From: Candidatus Melainabacteria bacterium 17Bon1m
GTDB lineage: Bacteria > Cyanobacteriota > Vampirovibrionia > Obscuribacterales > Obscuribacteraceae
Length of the DNA stretch: 64,000 nt
NCBI GenBank assembly: GCA_032128875.1
Contig: JAVLKG010000002.1
Coordinates: 448,001 to 512,000 of the forward strand
Direction: 5' to 3'
Positions 27,865 to 37,859 of this stretch are shown here, one piece after another (the stretch's first letter is position 1; every line of letters starts with the position of its first letter). The translations under genes and the position numbers were made by a program. Below the pieces are notes generated by a model. It had not been told where the DNA came from and searched no databases. It worked only from the letters and a program-made list of their open reading frames with translations.

Positions 27865-29022
27865 ATGGGGACTGACGTTTCTTACAGCCTACTGAAAGAT
27901 CCGGACGGTAAAGAGTTGCGGACTCTTCGTTCGCCGCCGATTCGTCAGCGGTTTAATCCGCTCAAGCCGAAAACGCTTGGGCGGATTTTTCGCCTCAGTC
28001 TTTCTGTCTTACTTCTTGTTTGCTTTCTGAGCGAATCGACCGTTGCGGTTCAAGCACGCTCCAGGCGAGCCGTTACTGGCCGCTCCAGGCATTCTGCCGG
28101 CGGATCATTTAGAACGGGCCGATTTGTAAGCAGCAGCAGATCCAAACGCTCGTCGAGATCCTCTCTTTCTCGATCATCTAGTCGAAAGGGTGGCAAAGCA
28201 CATCCTCTGTCCGCCAGGACGCCTTCGCATCACGGTCCGACAGCTGCACAAGTTAGGCGTCAGGAAACTTCCGGCTCTAACGATTTAGAGAAAAGAACAG
28301 ATCTCGAGCGTGCGTATCGAACATATGATCAAGGTTTGTCAGAGTGGCTGGCCGGAAACTACGGACAGGCCGCTAAGTATCTGAATGAATCCTATGATCT
28401 CTATAGCGATTTTCATGGCTCTCGTGATGTTCTAGATTCAATCTACCTTTATGATCTCGGCCAAGCGGCTGAGGCAGCCGGTGATATTTCGTTGGCAAAA
28501 AACAGTTATCAGCGTTCGTTACGCAGGCGTCCTGACTTTTGTGATTGCTGTATTCGTCTGACTGCCTTATTGACTAAGAACGGCGAGACCGCGCTGGCTC
28601 TTGTTTATGCACGTCGATTGGCGGACAAAAATCCTCAAGATCCTCGCTCACAATTCTTGCTTGCCACTATGCTCGACAAAGCTGGATTTACAGAAGAAGG
28701 AAAAATTGCTCGGTCAAACTTCAATTTATTGATGAAGGGTGGGACTTTGCCTAATTCAGCTACGTCATCTACTTCCTCTTCTTCAAGTGCCTCAACCTCA
28801 ACGCCGAAAAATCAAGAGGAGCAAAGCGTTACAGACTCTCCTTCCAGTAAATTTCAAGGTCCGGCATCCGAATCTACGAAGTCTGAGCAAGAAGAGAAAG
28901 TAGAAAAAGATGAGGGCGTAGTCGAAAGCGGTTCAGCTAAAAACTCAAATTCGTCCGGCAAAGAAAATGGAGCGACTGGCGGAGCTCTTAGAAAGCCGGA
29001 TTCCGAGAGCGAAGGCAAATAA
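27865..29022 (+). CDS. Exported TPR protein with Arg/Ser-rich N-terminal and low-complexity C-terminal regions
   Basis: Hydrophobic signal segment followed by TPR-like helices. Confidence 0.75.
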   Translation: MGTDVSYSLLKDPDGKELRTLRSPPIRQRFNPLKPKTLGRIFRLSLSVLLLVCFLSESTVAVQARSRRAVTGRSRHSAGGSFRTGRFVSSSRSKRSSRSSLSRSSSRKGGKAHPLSARTPSHHGPTAAQVRRQETSGSNDLEKRTDLERAYRTYDQGLSEWLAGNYGQAAKYLNESYDLYSDFHGSRDVLDSIYLYDLGQAAEAAGDISLAKNSYQRSLRRRPDFCDCCIRLTALLTKNGETALALVYARRLADKNPQDPRSQFLLATMLDKAGFTEEGKIARSNFNLLMKGGTLPNSATSSTSSSSSASTSTPKNQEEQSVTDSPSSKFQGPASESTKSEQEEKVEKDEGVVESGSAKNSNSSGKENGATGGALRKPDSESEGK

Positions 29023-29161
29023 ACAATCTCTTCTTGATTGCTTCTTTCTTTTGAATTTAAGTCGTGAAATTTTGATATGTCCGATCGAACTTCTCTTCAG
29101 TGATCCGACTGTCGTATTTTTACATATGCGTATCTCCTCATGAAAAGCCGGTTTCAGCAAG

Positions 29162-29190
29162 AAAAATGAGGGTGCTTGCGCACCCTCATC
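29162..29190 (-). terminator. hup terminator
   Basis: Minus strand ATGAGGGTGC-GCAA-GCACCCTCAT-TTTT. Confidence 0.85.
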
Positions 29191-29219
29191 AAAGTCTTTC
29201 AATTAAGATCTTTGAGATC

Positions 29220-29498
29220 TTATCTGTCTACTTTTTCTTTGAACTCTTTACCAGGAGCAAAGGCCGGTACTTTCTTCGCCGGTACTTTGATCTTTTCGCC
29301 CGGTTTTTGCGGGTTGTTGGTTTCGCGAGCGTTGCGGCTTCTGCGTTCAAATGTGCCGAAACCAACGAGGGTTACGCGATTTCCGCGAGCAACTTCTTCG
29401 GTTACAACATCGGTAAAGGCCGCCAAAAATTCTTCTACAGCTTTCTTTGTAGTCGTTGTGCGGGCGGCGATTTCTGCAGCGAGTTCTGCTTTGTTCAC
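29220..29498 (-). CDS. hup: DNA-binding protein HU
   Basis: MNKAEL...VTLVGFGTFE...NP...PAFAPGKEFKE; GTG start with AGGAGG SD. Confidence 0.96.
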   Translation of the reverse strand: MNKAELAAEIAARTTTTKKAVEEFLAAFTDVVTEEVARGNRVTLVGFGTFERRSRNARETNNPQKPGEKIKVPAKKVPAFAPGKEFKEKVDR

Positions 29499-30107
29499 TG
29501 AGTCTCCTCCTGTGCCTATCCTGGGTCTACGAGCTAGTAATCAACTCTACGTAGAGGGCAAGAATACAGCACCTATCACCCTTAGACAAGATAGGCGCGC
29601 ATAAAATGTCGCACTTGATAAACGTTTTTGCCTTTTTGTTTTTTTTCTCGGATGTCGAGATGCACTTTCTAACCTACTTTTCGACATTCATTCGTGCAGT
29701 TGTAAGGAAAGTTTTTGCGCTATATAAGTATCTGTGATTTCTATTCTTGCTTCACGCGGTAGTCCGTAAGCGCTTGGTACGCAAGGGTTTTCAGGTTTAA
29801 TTCTCGGCGACTTTCAAAATGTTTTTTACTTCTGAAAGATAAAATCCGTTCGCCGCCCAGAAAAAAGCACACCAATTTCGATCTTTTTGTGGCAGGACTT
29901 TTTTTCGCTCAAAAAAATATTGCCGAAATGTTTCACTGGGCGGCAGATTCCGCAACATTAAGCTGCAAATTTCATGGAGCGTCTTTAAAAGAGGCATTTT
30001 TTACTGCAACTTCCGGCAAAAAGTTCGCTCAGGCTGCGTGAAATGCTAGCTAAAATGGGAACAACTATAATACTGATCATATAGCTGTTCATACTAGGAA
30101 ATCCAAT

Positions 30108-30497
30108 TTGGGACGAAGATCCGCAAGCTCAACTGCAGTCGATTCGCGCACGGCAGCCTTTGCCGCAGCAAACGCGGCTGAAGCTAAGAAGGGAAAGGGA
30201 ACTGTTGTACTTGATGTAAGACAGGTGACCGTTCTGGCGGAGTATTTTGTTATCACTGGAGGGGACTCACCAAGTCAAGTCAGGGCTATTGTTGAGGCGG
30301 TGGACGAAACGCTGGAACCCTTGGGATGTAAAGCTCTGGGGATTGAAGGCAAATCAGAGTCCAGATGGGTGCTTCTTGACTATGGCGACGTAATTGTCCA
30401 TGTGTTGCACGAAAAGGAAAGAGGGTATTACAAGCTAGAGCAGTTTTGGAATCAAGCTCTTATGGTTGATCGCTCGGAGTGGGAACAAGAAGAGTAA
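30108..30497 (+). CDS. rsfS: Ribosome silencing factor
   Basis: YFVITG, WVLLDYGDVIVHV, R.YYKLEQFW motifs. Confidence 0.95.
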   Translation: MGRRSASSTAVDSRTAAFAAANAAEAKKGKGTVVLDVRQVTVLAEYFVITGGDSPSQVRAIVEAVDETLEPLGCKALGIEGKSESRWVLLDYGDVIVHVLHEKERGYYKLEQFWNQALMVDRSEWEQEE

Positions 30498-30587
30498 GAA
30501 ACCACGAGCCGCACGGCTCAAAAACGACTGAAGTCCGATAGTTAAATGGTTTAGGCTGATTTAGTATCTTGGGGGTTGCGGTTACCT

Positions 30588-31745
30588 ATGAGTTTCAGGA
30601 CCAGATTACAAGGGTTTGTAGAAAACCGGCAAAAAATACAAATCTGGTACGGAATGGGCTGCCATAACACGGTGACCGGAAGAGTCCTTTCGGTTGACCA
30701 TGATCACATCGACGTCGAGTCGTACTCGCATGAAAGCGACGGGCAGATTCACATTCGCCGTATCCTCGTGCCGCTTCATCTCATTCTCCATATTGATATA
30801 ACCTCGGCAGAGATGGCTGAGGAAGAAGACAATTTTTCGTTGCCTGTAGAAAAGGAATCGAAACAAACAGCTGCTGCGCCGCAGATGTCAGTCATCGACT
30901 TGCCGGATGCGCCCAGAGGCTATGGCGTCAAAGTGCTGTCTCAGCTCAACGCTTCATATTCCAACCGCTTTTCACGCATGGCATCCGGTCCTGGAGGCGT
31001 TTATTTCGCATGCGACGGCAGTGTGTGGTTCGTCGACAACTCCGGCCAATTGACCGAGTACGCTCGCATTCGCGGCAACAGCACCATCTCAGGGTTGCGC
31101 TTTGATCGCAAAGGCGTTTTGTATGTAGCCACTATTCAAGGAACGGTATATCGGATCGACCCCAATAAGTCCGGACGTATTCTGGCTCAGTTGGACGGCA
31201 GTCTGACTGGCGGCGGAACCTTCCTTTCCGATTTGGCAATCGGAACGAGAGATGAGATATACGTTTCAAATTTCCCATCCAACACCGGCGGTATTTTCAA
31301 AATTGATCGTACCGGCGAATATGAAGTTCTTGTTGGTGGTCCAGGACATGGAACACAGGGGCTACTTCTGGATTCTGATGGCTTCTTGTGGTGCCTTGAG
31401 CACGCTACAGGTTCTGTCGTAAAACGCTCACTGGATGGTCGTGAAGTTGCGCGCATTCAAGTAGCTGAGCCGGAAAGCTTCAATTTCGCCGACGGATATG
31501 ACGGTAACTTGTCCATGGACAGCCTGGGCCGGATATACGTCACAGCCGGACGTGCAGGTTCGGTCTTCCGCGTAAATCGCGAAGGCAGAAGCGAAACTTT
31601 CCTCGTTGGGCTCGTCAATCCGACCGGTGTCGCATTCGGCGGAGACGGAGCACTCTTTGTTCTGGAAGCAGGAAGATCCAGAGTTCTCAGGGTTGCTGCT
31701 CTGGAAAAGGGTGATCGTGCCACCTCGGCGACGGCGCTCAGCTAA
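30588..31745 (+). CDS. Sm-like N-terminal domain fused to an SMP-30/NHL-type beta-propeller
   Basis: Repeats such as GLRFDRKGVLYV, GLLLDSDGFLW, PTGVAFGGDGALFV; ATG 30588 preferred as start. Confidence 0.8.
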   Translation: MSFRTRLQGFVENRQKIQIWYGMGCHNTVTGRVLSVDHDHIDVESYSHESDGQIHIRRILVPLHLILHIDITSAEMAEEEDNFSLPVEKESKQTAAAPQMSVIDLPDAPRGYGVKVLSQLNASYSNRFSRMASGPGGVYFACDGSVWFVDNSGQLTEYARIRGNSTISGLRFDRKGVLYVATIQGTVYRIDPNKSGRILAQLDGSLTGGGTFLSDLAIGTRDEIYVSNFPSNTGGIFKIDRTGEYEVLVGGPGHGTQGLLLDSDGFLWCLEHATGSVVKRSLDGREVARIQVAEPESFNFADGYDGNLSMDSLGRIYVTAGRAGSVFRVNREGRSETFLVGLVNPTGVAFGGDGALFVLEAGRSRVLRVAALEKGDRATSATALS

Positions 31746-31767
31746 TTTGTCAGAGTTGTTTAGCAAT

Positions 31768-31802
31768 AACGGTCCAACGATAAGCGTTGGACCGTTTTCT
31801 TT
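31768..31802 (+). terminator. Rho-independent terminator
   Basis: AACGGTCCAACG-ATAAG-CGTTGGACCGTT-TTCTTT between convergent genes. Confidence 0.85.
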
Positions 31803-31820
31803 AGCTATGATTTTTTCGCC

Positions 31821-33707
31821 CTATCGTCCGCTGGAGACCAAACCCTTGCCGGATTGTCCCTTGGCTGCAGGCTGGCTTGCTTTCTCTTCTTTGTACAGTC
31901 TCTCGATAATTGCCTTGTAGTTTTGAGCAACAACATTGCGCTTGATTTTCAATGTGGCTGTCAATTCGCCTGCTTCTACCGAAAGGTCGTTAGCCAGAAC
32001 ATGGAAATTGCTCACTTTCTCGTAGTCAGCGAGCGACTTCGAGCGCTCGGCAATTTCTTTCTTCAGCATGTTGGTGACTTGCGGCATTTCGACAAGCTCT
32101 GCGTAGCTGTTGAAACTCCAGCCTTCGTCAGAGGCGTGCTGAGTCAACGCTTGTTCGTCAAGCACGATGAGTGCAACCAACTGCTTGCGCTTGTCGCCGA
32201 AAACCACAGCCTGATTGACAAAAGAGACTGTTTTCAGAACCGCTTCAATTTTTTGAGGAGCGATATTTTTGCCGGACGAATTGACAATGATGTCTTTCTT
32301 GCGGTCGGTAATCTTCAAATACCCGTCACCGTCGATGATACCAATGTCGCCGGTGCGGAACCAGCCATCGACGAAAGCATCTTTGGTGGCTTCTTCCAGC
32401 CCGTAATAGCCTTTAAAAATTGAAGCGCCACGAAGAAGAATTTCACCATCATCGGCGATGATCATTTCAACACTAGGCAGACTCGGTCCGACTGTGCCGA
32501 TTTTCTTCCTCTCTACCAGGTTGACGCAAGCTGGTGCTGCGGTTTCGGTCAAGCCATAACCTTCTATGGTTGTGATACCAATAGAGTTGAAAAACTCAAT
32601 CGTATGACCAGTCGCAGGAGCTCCTCCCGAAACAACCAGACGCAGACTGGGGCAGATCCTTTCTCTCAGTTTGCGGAAGACAGTCTTTTCAGCCAGCCAG
32701 TGTTTGGCTCTCAATGCAACACGTGGTGCCACGCCACTGGCTTCTGCGTCGACAACTTCAGCGCCGACTTTCAACGCCCAGTCGATAAGCCGTTTGGCGT
32801 TGCCAGAGGCTCCCTCGATACCGCTTCTGACTTTTGCGTAAATTTTGTCCAGCACGCGCGGCACTGTCAAAATCATGGTCGGTTTGACTTCTGCCATGTT
32901 CTTCGCCATGGTCTCTATGCCCTCTGCATAAGCACAGACGCCGCCCGAGTAAATCCAATAGTACTCGCCGCAAACACGCTCGAAGACGTGGGACATAGGC
33001 AAATACGACAGGTAGACGTCGTTTTCGTCAATCGGAATTACGCCTTTCAAATCGTCAAGGACGCTGACGATATTGCCGTGAGTCAGGGGAACGCCTTTGG
33101 GTGTTCCGGTGGTACCGGAGGTGTAGATGATTGTAGCCATGTCTTCAAAGCAAATTTTTGCCATTCGCTCAGTGACTACTTCAGGATTTTGCTCCAGTTC
33201 TGTAAGACCTTTCTGTCTCAGTTCTTCCAGACCTATTACAAAGTCCGGGCTGATGTCATTTTCTGCAACAAACTCGCTCAAGGAGCGGCCTTTGTTTAAT
33301 TGCGATACGAGAACAACTGTCTTCAAAGTCTCTTGTTTTGATGCAAGAACTTTCTTGAGCAGTGCTTCGCCATGGACAAAAACGACTTTCGCACCGGAAT
33401 TACTCAGGATAAAGTCGATGTCAGCCTGCGAGCTGGTCGGATAAATAGGAACAGTAACTGCGCCACTGGATATGGTGGCAAGGTCGGCAGCAGCCCATAA
33501 ATGGGAAGTCTGTGAAAGAATGGCGACGCGATCGCCGGCTTCGATGCCTCTGGCAACCAGCCCAGCAGCCATTTCCTTAACTAGACGGGCCAGGGCGGTC
33601 CAAGTCATGGATTTGTAGGGAGACTTGTTTTCCTTGTAGCGTACAGCTTCCCTTTCGCAAAGAAGTTCTGCTCTTTCAAAAAACGTCGTAGCTAGGCTCT
33701 TGTTCAC
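31821..33707 (-). CDS. Long-chain fatty acyl-CoA / acyl-ACP synthetase
   Basis: YTSGTTGTPKG, EGYGLTE, WFRTGDIG, DRKKD; GTG 33707 with GAGAGG SD. Confidence 0.93.
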   Translation of the reverse strand: MNKSLATTFFERAELLCEREAVRYKENKSPYKSMTWTALARLVKEMAAGLVARGIEAGDRVAILSQTSHLWAAADLATISSGAVTVPIYPTSSQADIDFILSNSGAKVVFVHGEALLKKVLASKQETLKTVVLVSQLNKGRSLSEFVAENDISPDFVIGLEELRQKGLTELEQNPEVVTERMAKICFEDMATIIYTSGTTGTPKGVPLTHGNIVSVLDDLKGVIPIDENDVYLSYLPMSHVFERVCGEYYWIYSGGVCAYAEGIETMAKNMAEVKPTMILTVPRVLDKIYAKVRSGIEGASGNAKRLIDWALKVGAEVVDAEASGVAPRVALRAKHWLAEKTVFRKLRERICPSLRLVVSGGAPATGHTIEFFNSIGITTIEGYGLTETAAPACVNLVERKKIGTVGPSLPSVEMIIADDGEILLRGASIFKGYYGLEEATKDAFVDGWFRTGDIGIIDGDGYLKITDRKKDIIVNSSGKNIAPQKIEAVLKTVSFVNQAVVFGDKRKQLVALIVLDEQALTQHASDEGWSFNSYAELVEMPQVTNMLKKEIAERSKSLADYEKVSNFHVLANDLSVEAGELTATLKIKRNVVAQNYKAIIERLYKEEKASQPAAKGQSGKGLVSSGR

Positions 33708-33974
33708 GGCCAGACCTCTCAATTCAGCGCCACCGGGCACAATTAGACAAATAAGTGAGACGCCCTTATTTTACTTCGGGTTCCCAATAGGCGGACGGTT
33801 TGTGAGAAATCTATACTGATCTATGAGCTATTGTGAACCTCTCTTAATCTTTCTCAGACTGCGTTTCGCTTGTTTTCGGCAAGCTTTCGAACGGCAAATT
33901 GGTACCACATTCGGTGCCGCGCCCCTGATTGGCATGGAGTGGTCCGCTTTCTATCTGACAAGTTGTGGTTGAAA

Positions 33975-34856
33975 CTATGTGAGAATCAGCTTTTCAGGTG
34001 ATGTTTCTGTAGTCCAATTATTGACTTTGTCGGCCAACTCATCAATAACCGGGTCAAACATCAAATCATGCCAAGCATCCTTGAACACGTGTTTTTGCTT
34101 GGAAGGCGCATTGAGACGCTCGAAAACAGCGTCGTTAACCTTGTTGTTGACAATTTTTTCATTGCCAGCCGTCAGCATTAATACTGGGCAAGGCGCTGAT
34201 TTGACGCGGTTTTGCACATCTTGAGAAAGCATGAGCAACTCGAATAGCATTTTGGCCGGAAGCTTGAAACGTCTCTCTGCGTCAGCATCTATCCATTTGC
34301 GCACGCCAACGTCTCTGGTGACTTGATCCGGCGCATAAGGCAAAGCCAGTTCAGTTTCCGGTGAGACCATTGCTGTCCACACTGAGTGAATGCGGAAAAG
34401 CAGGTCGAAAGTCTGTGGATTCCCATCAAAACCTGGCGAAAAAAGCACAAGACCATCAGGCTTAATGCGATTGGCGACTTTGAGCGCAACCAGCGCGCCC
34501 ATGCTGTTTCCCATCAAATATATCGGTTTGTCGCCCACTTTCTCGCGCACGTAATTGTAGGCTGTGACTGTGTCGTCAAGCCATTGGTGAAATGAGGAAA
34601 AGTTTTCTTTGCGTCTTTTGCCGAAGCCTACATGATCGGGCGCAACAGCAAACATTCGTCTTACTTTCAAGCGGCGGCCAAGGGCTTCGAACCAGCCGCT
34701 GTGTGCGCCCAGTCCGTGGATGAGGAGAGCTGCCGCACGGCATTCGGAGGCGGTCCCCCAGGTTCTTCCCGTTATCGGCGTGGCCGAGCCTTCTCCATCG
34801 CCTCTGGCGATTTCAATGGTGGATGCTGTCGGAGTCAGATTTATATCAGTGGTCAT
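33975..34856 (-). CDS. Alpha/beta hydrolase, lysophospholipase-like
   Basis: HGLGAH, DHVGFG, GNSMG nucleophile elbow, catalytic His in AWHDL. Confidence 0.9.
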   Translation of the reverse strand: MTTDINLTPTASTIEIARGDGEGSATPITGRTWGTASECRAAALLIHGLGAHSGWFEALGRRLKVRRMFAVAPDHVGFGKRRKENFSSFHQWLDDTVTAYNYVREKVGDKPIYLMGNSMGALVALKVANRIKPDGLVLFSPGFDGNPQTFDLLFRIHSVWTAMVSPETELALPYAPDQVTRDVGVRKWIDADAERRFKLPAKMLFELLMLSQDVQNRVKSAPCPVLMLTAGNEKIVNNKVNDAVFERLNAPSKQKHVFKDAWHDLMFDPVIDELADKVNNWTTETSPEKLILT

Positions 34857-34921
34857 CTTGCACGTTATTATAACTTTGATGAGTCTCGCATATGCGTTTT
34901 ATCTCAATTGAGAAGCATTAG

Positions 34922-36469
34922 ATGTCCAATGTTGATGCACATGAAAAGTCCGGCGCGCACCAGACCACATCCAGTGGTTTTAAGAAGTGGCGCGTCGTTA
35001 TCTTTGTTCTTATAGGTGCAGCAATAGTTGCTCTCTTGATTTTTTTCGGAAAGCCCGAAAGAACACCTTTTGAACAAGCAGTGGACTTAATAAAATCGGG
35101 CAAATCGGCCTTTGCCGTTCCTATATTGGAGAAGCTGTCGCGCGAACGCCCCGATGATGCCAACATTTATCCTTATCTGGCCCAGGGATATTTGACTACT
35201 GATCGGCCCGCTGAAGGTCGCCTTGCCCTGGATACCGCACTGCGACTGCGTATAGCAGGAAGACAATTGGCACCCGTGGTCAGTGCTTATGCCAGCTACT
35301 ACACGACAAAGGGGCATTTTGCTGAAGCAGAAAAGCTCTTTAATTCAGCTTCTTCAGTGATGGGTGCGCATGATGGTGCCGACGAGCGAGCTCGTTTGTA
35401 TCTGGCCTGGGCTGAAGAGAATTTGCGAAACACTGACCTGGAGGCAGCCGTTGCACACTTGAAGCAGGCGAATTCTCATGCTGAAGAGGTCAGCGAACCG
35501 CTGCGCTCTTTGATTCCGCATCGTTTGAGCGATTGCTACCGCCAGCTTGCCGCATTAGCCGAAACCAAAGAGAAAGACCAGAGGAAAGCAGCTTCTTTGC
35601 TTGAAACAGCTCTCAAAGTATCAGACGAGCCCATTACACGCATGAATCTTGCCTTGTTATACCGGCAGTTGGGCAACACGCAAGGTGCAATTCAAAATTA
35701 CGATCTGGTATCGAAGGCTGATCCGAACAACCTGGAAGCTCGCCATCACCTCATTACTTTGCTGTGCGAAAAGAACGATTTTCAAGCGGCTCAGACTGCG
35801 CTCATTGACCTCACTGACAAAGAGCGTAGTGTGGAAAATTATGTCCTTCTTGCCAGCCTTGATCTCAAACTGAACAACTACCCGGGGGCCGTGCGCGCAT
35901 TGGAAGACGCTTTGGACCTCGGTGACAAGCCCGAACTGTTGAAACAGCTTGAGAGTGTGCTTTTGGATTGGAGTCAAAAGCTCTTAAAAGAAGGCAAGAG
36001 AGAAGAAGCTGCATCCGTTAAGGTTCGAGCCGACCGGGTAGCAGAGCAGCTTTCCTTGCTCATCGGCAAGCCGGAAGACAAGGAAAAACCTACCGAAGAT
36101 GAGAGCAGCCTTGCGCAGAAGCCCGATGAATACTTCGAGAAGGTTCCTCCCATTGCTCTGAGTTCCAGCCGTATTTGGCTGGCGAGGGGCAGTTTTACTC
36201 CTGAAGGGGAAATCCGTATCCGCAACATTAGTGGCAGACCGGTCAAAGACCTGGCGTTGAAAGTTGTGTTTTTCGATCATTCTTCCAAGCGCGCTGCCGG
36301 CTCAGTCACTTTGCCGGTTGCGTCGCCGTCGTCACCCCCAATGGAGACCGGCGGCACTCGCACAGTTTATTTTTCTTCTCCTGCAACGGTAAAAGCGGAG
36401 CATCGTCTCGCTGTCGTCATATACTGGCGAGGGCGGCTGCTTAAGGAATATCCCGTAGTAAAGCAGTAG
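34922..36469 (+). CDS. Membrane-anchored TPR protein with C-terminal Ig-like domain
   Basis: N-terminal TM, multiple TPR-like repeats, GEIRIRNISGRPV beta domain. Confidence 0.8.
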   Translation: MSNVDAHEKSGAHQTTSSGFKKWRVVIFVLIGAAIVALLIFFGKPERTPFEQAVDLIKSGKSAFAVPILEKLSRERPDDANIYPYLAQGYLTTDRPAEGRLALDTALRLRIAGRQLAPVVSAYASYYTTKGHFAEAEKLFNSASSVMGAHDGADERARLYLAWAEENLRNTDLEAAVAHLKQANSHAEEVSEPLRSLIPHRLSDCYRQLAALAETKEKDQRKAASLLETALKVSDEPITRMNLALLYRQLGNTQGAIQNYDLVSKADPNNLEARHHLITLLCEKNDFQAAQTALIDLTDKERSVENYVLLASLDLKLNNYPGAVRALEDALDLGDKPELLKQLESVLLDWSQKLLKEGKREEAASVKVRADRVAEQLSLLIGKPEDKEKPTEDESSLAQKPDEYFEKVPPIALSSSRIWLARGSFTPEGEIRIRNISGRPVKDLALKVVFFDHSSKRAAGSVTLPVASPSSPPMETGGTRTVYFSSPATVKAEHRLAVVIYWRGRLLKEYPVVKQ

Positions 36470-36534
36470 CTTGCCTAAAAGGGCATATCCGTCTTACGTG
36501 CATATATATAAGTAGGTCTCCCGGAGCTTGCTAA

Positions 36535-37008
36535 ATGACCCAAGAACCAGCCGCCCCAGCAAATTGCCGTCATGAGTACGTGACAATCTACCAGCGCCGA
36601 TTGAAAGGGCTGGACCGGCGGCTAGTTGCCACGCGCGCCTATCTTCCAGTCGGATTCAAAATGGCCGACTTCGGACATCTAAGTGAAGGCAGTTATTGTT
36701 TTTGCTCTCGCTGCCGCACCCGATTGTTTCCCAAGCGTTCTCAGGCAGAAAAACTCAAAGCTCGGGAACTGTTGGCTGCATCCAAGGCTCAAAAGGAATT
36801 GGACGCACAAGCTGCTTTTGCTGATGACGAAACCATGCTCGACAACGAAAACTTAGACGAAACCGAAAACGACGGATCTTCGTCTGCTGAGGTCCAGGTT
36901 GAAGAACTTGAAATTGAAGCCGTCGACGTTGAAGATATTCAGGCTGAAGGTGTCAAAATCAATGATGATGAGGAATCAACTTGTCTGGTTGATGACGCGG
37001 ACGATTAA
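36535..37008 (+). CDS. Hypothetical protein with putative Zn site and acidic tail
   Basis: CRH...CFCSRC, then D/E-rich C-terminal half; GGAG SD. Confidence 0.75.
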   Translation: MTQEPAAPANCRHEYVTIYQRRLKGLDRRLVATRAYLPVGFKMADFGHLSEGSYCFCSRCRTRLFPKRSQAEKLKARELLAASKAQKELDAQAAFADDETMLDNENLDETENDGSSSAEVQVEELEIEAVDVEDIQAEGVKINDDEESTCLVDDADD

Positions 37009-37250
37009 TTGAAAGGTGGAGCTACTAACCAATGCTCCAAGAGATAAGGGTTTCTGAAGGAAGTCGATTTTCTATTCCTAAGAACGAGGTTAAGCAGAAA
37101 TGAAACGTTTGATTGATAAGTTAATTGCTGCAGTAGTTTTATTGCCGCCTCTGTATATGCTCGTGCGCTTTGTTCGCTGGTCGATGAACCAGGATTATCC
37201 AAAGACGCAGGAAGAAGACATTTAGTTCGTACAGCAGTCGGAAAGGTTGA

Positions 37251-37853
37251 ATGGCTCAATACATCGCCAGAATTATCCGTGCAATTGTCGTTGGAGCCTT
37301 AGGCTTTGGCGGTGGCATCGGGCTGCTGATTATCATCATTTTCTTGACCGTCAAAGGTGATCAAAACGCTTTTGAATATGGCGTTAAGTGGGGGTTCGAG
37401 ATCGGGATGGTATTTGCCATTCTGATGGTGGCAGTGTTATTACCACTGGATCTTTTTTTGAGGATGAACAGAGCAAAAGGCGAACACAGCCAGCTCTGGG
37501 AATTGGAACAGTCCAGAGAATTGATTTTCGAAGGGTCCAGCAAAGAAGCGATGGCTGCTTGCCGCAAGGCACTGCTGATGGTGCCATACGTACATCAAGT
37601 TTCTGATGATACCGAGCATTTGACTGCGCGCGCTTCGACTGGCGCAAGTTGGCGCTCACCGGGTGAAGACCTTGAAGTAGAAATCAATCCTATTTCCGAG
37701 AACAAGTGGCAAGTTAAGTGCATCAGCCGCTCGCGCTCGAAGAACGTTGTTTTCGATTATGCGAAGAATTTTGAGAATGTAGAGACCTGGTTTAAAGGCA
37801 TTCAAGAACCAAACGATCCACCGCCTCAGACCCCGCCGAAAACTGTTGCCTAG
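37251..37853 (+). CDS. Two-TM membrane protein with soluble C-terminal domain
   Basis: Two hydrophobic helices, then an alpha/beta domain. Confidence 0.75.
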   Translation: MAQYIARIIRAIVVGALGFGGGIGLLIIIIFLTVKGDQNAFEYGVKWGFEIGMVFAILMVAVLLPLDLFLRMNRAKGEHSQLWELEQSRELIFEGSSKEAMAACRKALLMVPYVHQVSDDTEHLTARASTGASWRSPGEDLEVEINPISENKWQVKCISRSRSKNVVFDYAKNFENVETWFKGIQEPNDPPPQTPPKTVA

Positions 37854-37859
37854 GCTTGT

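Noticed and set aside
29499..30107. Replication origin
   Set aside because: No cluster of TTATCCACA DnaA boxes found by eye
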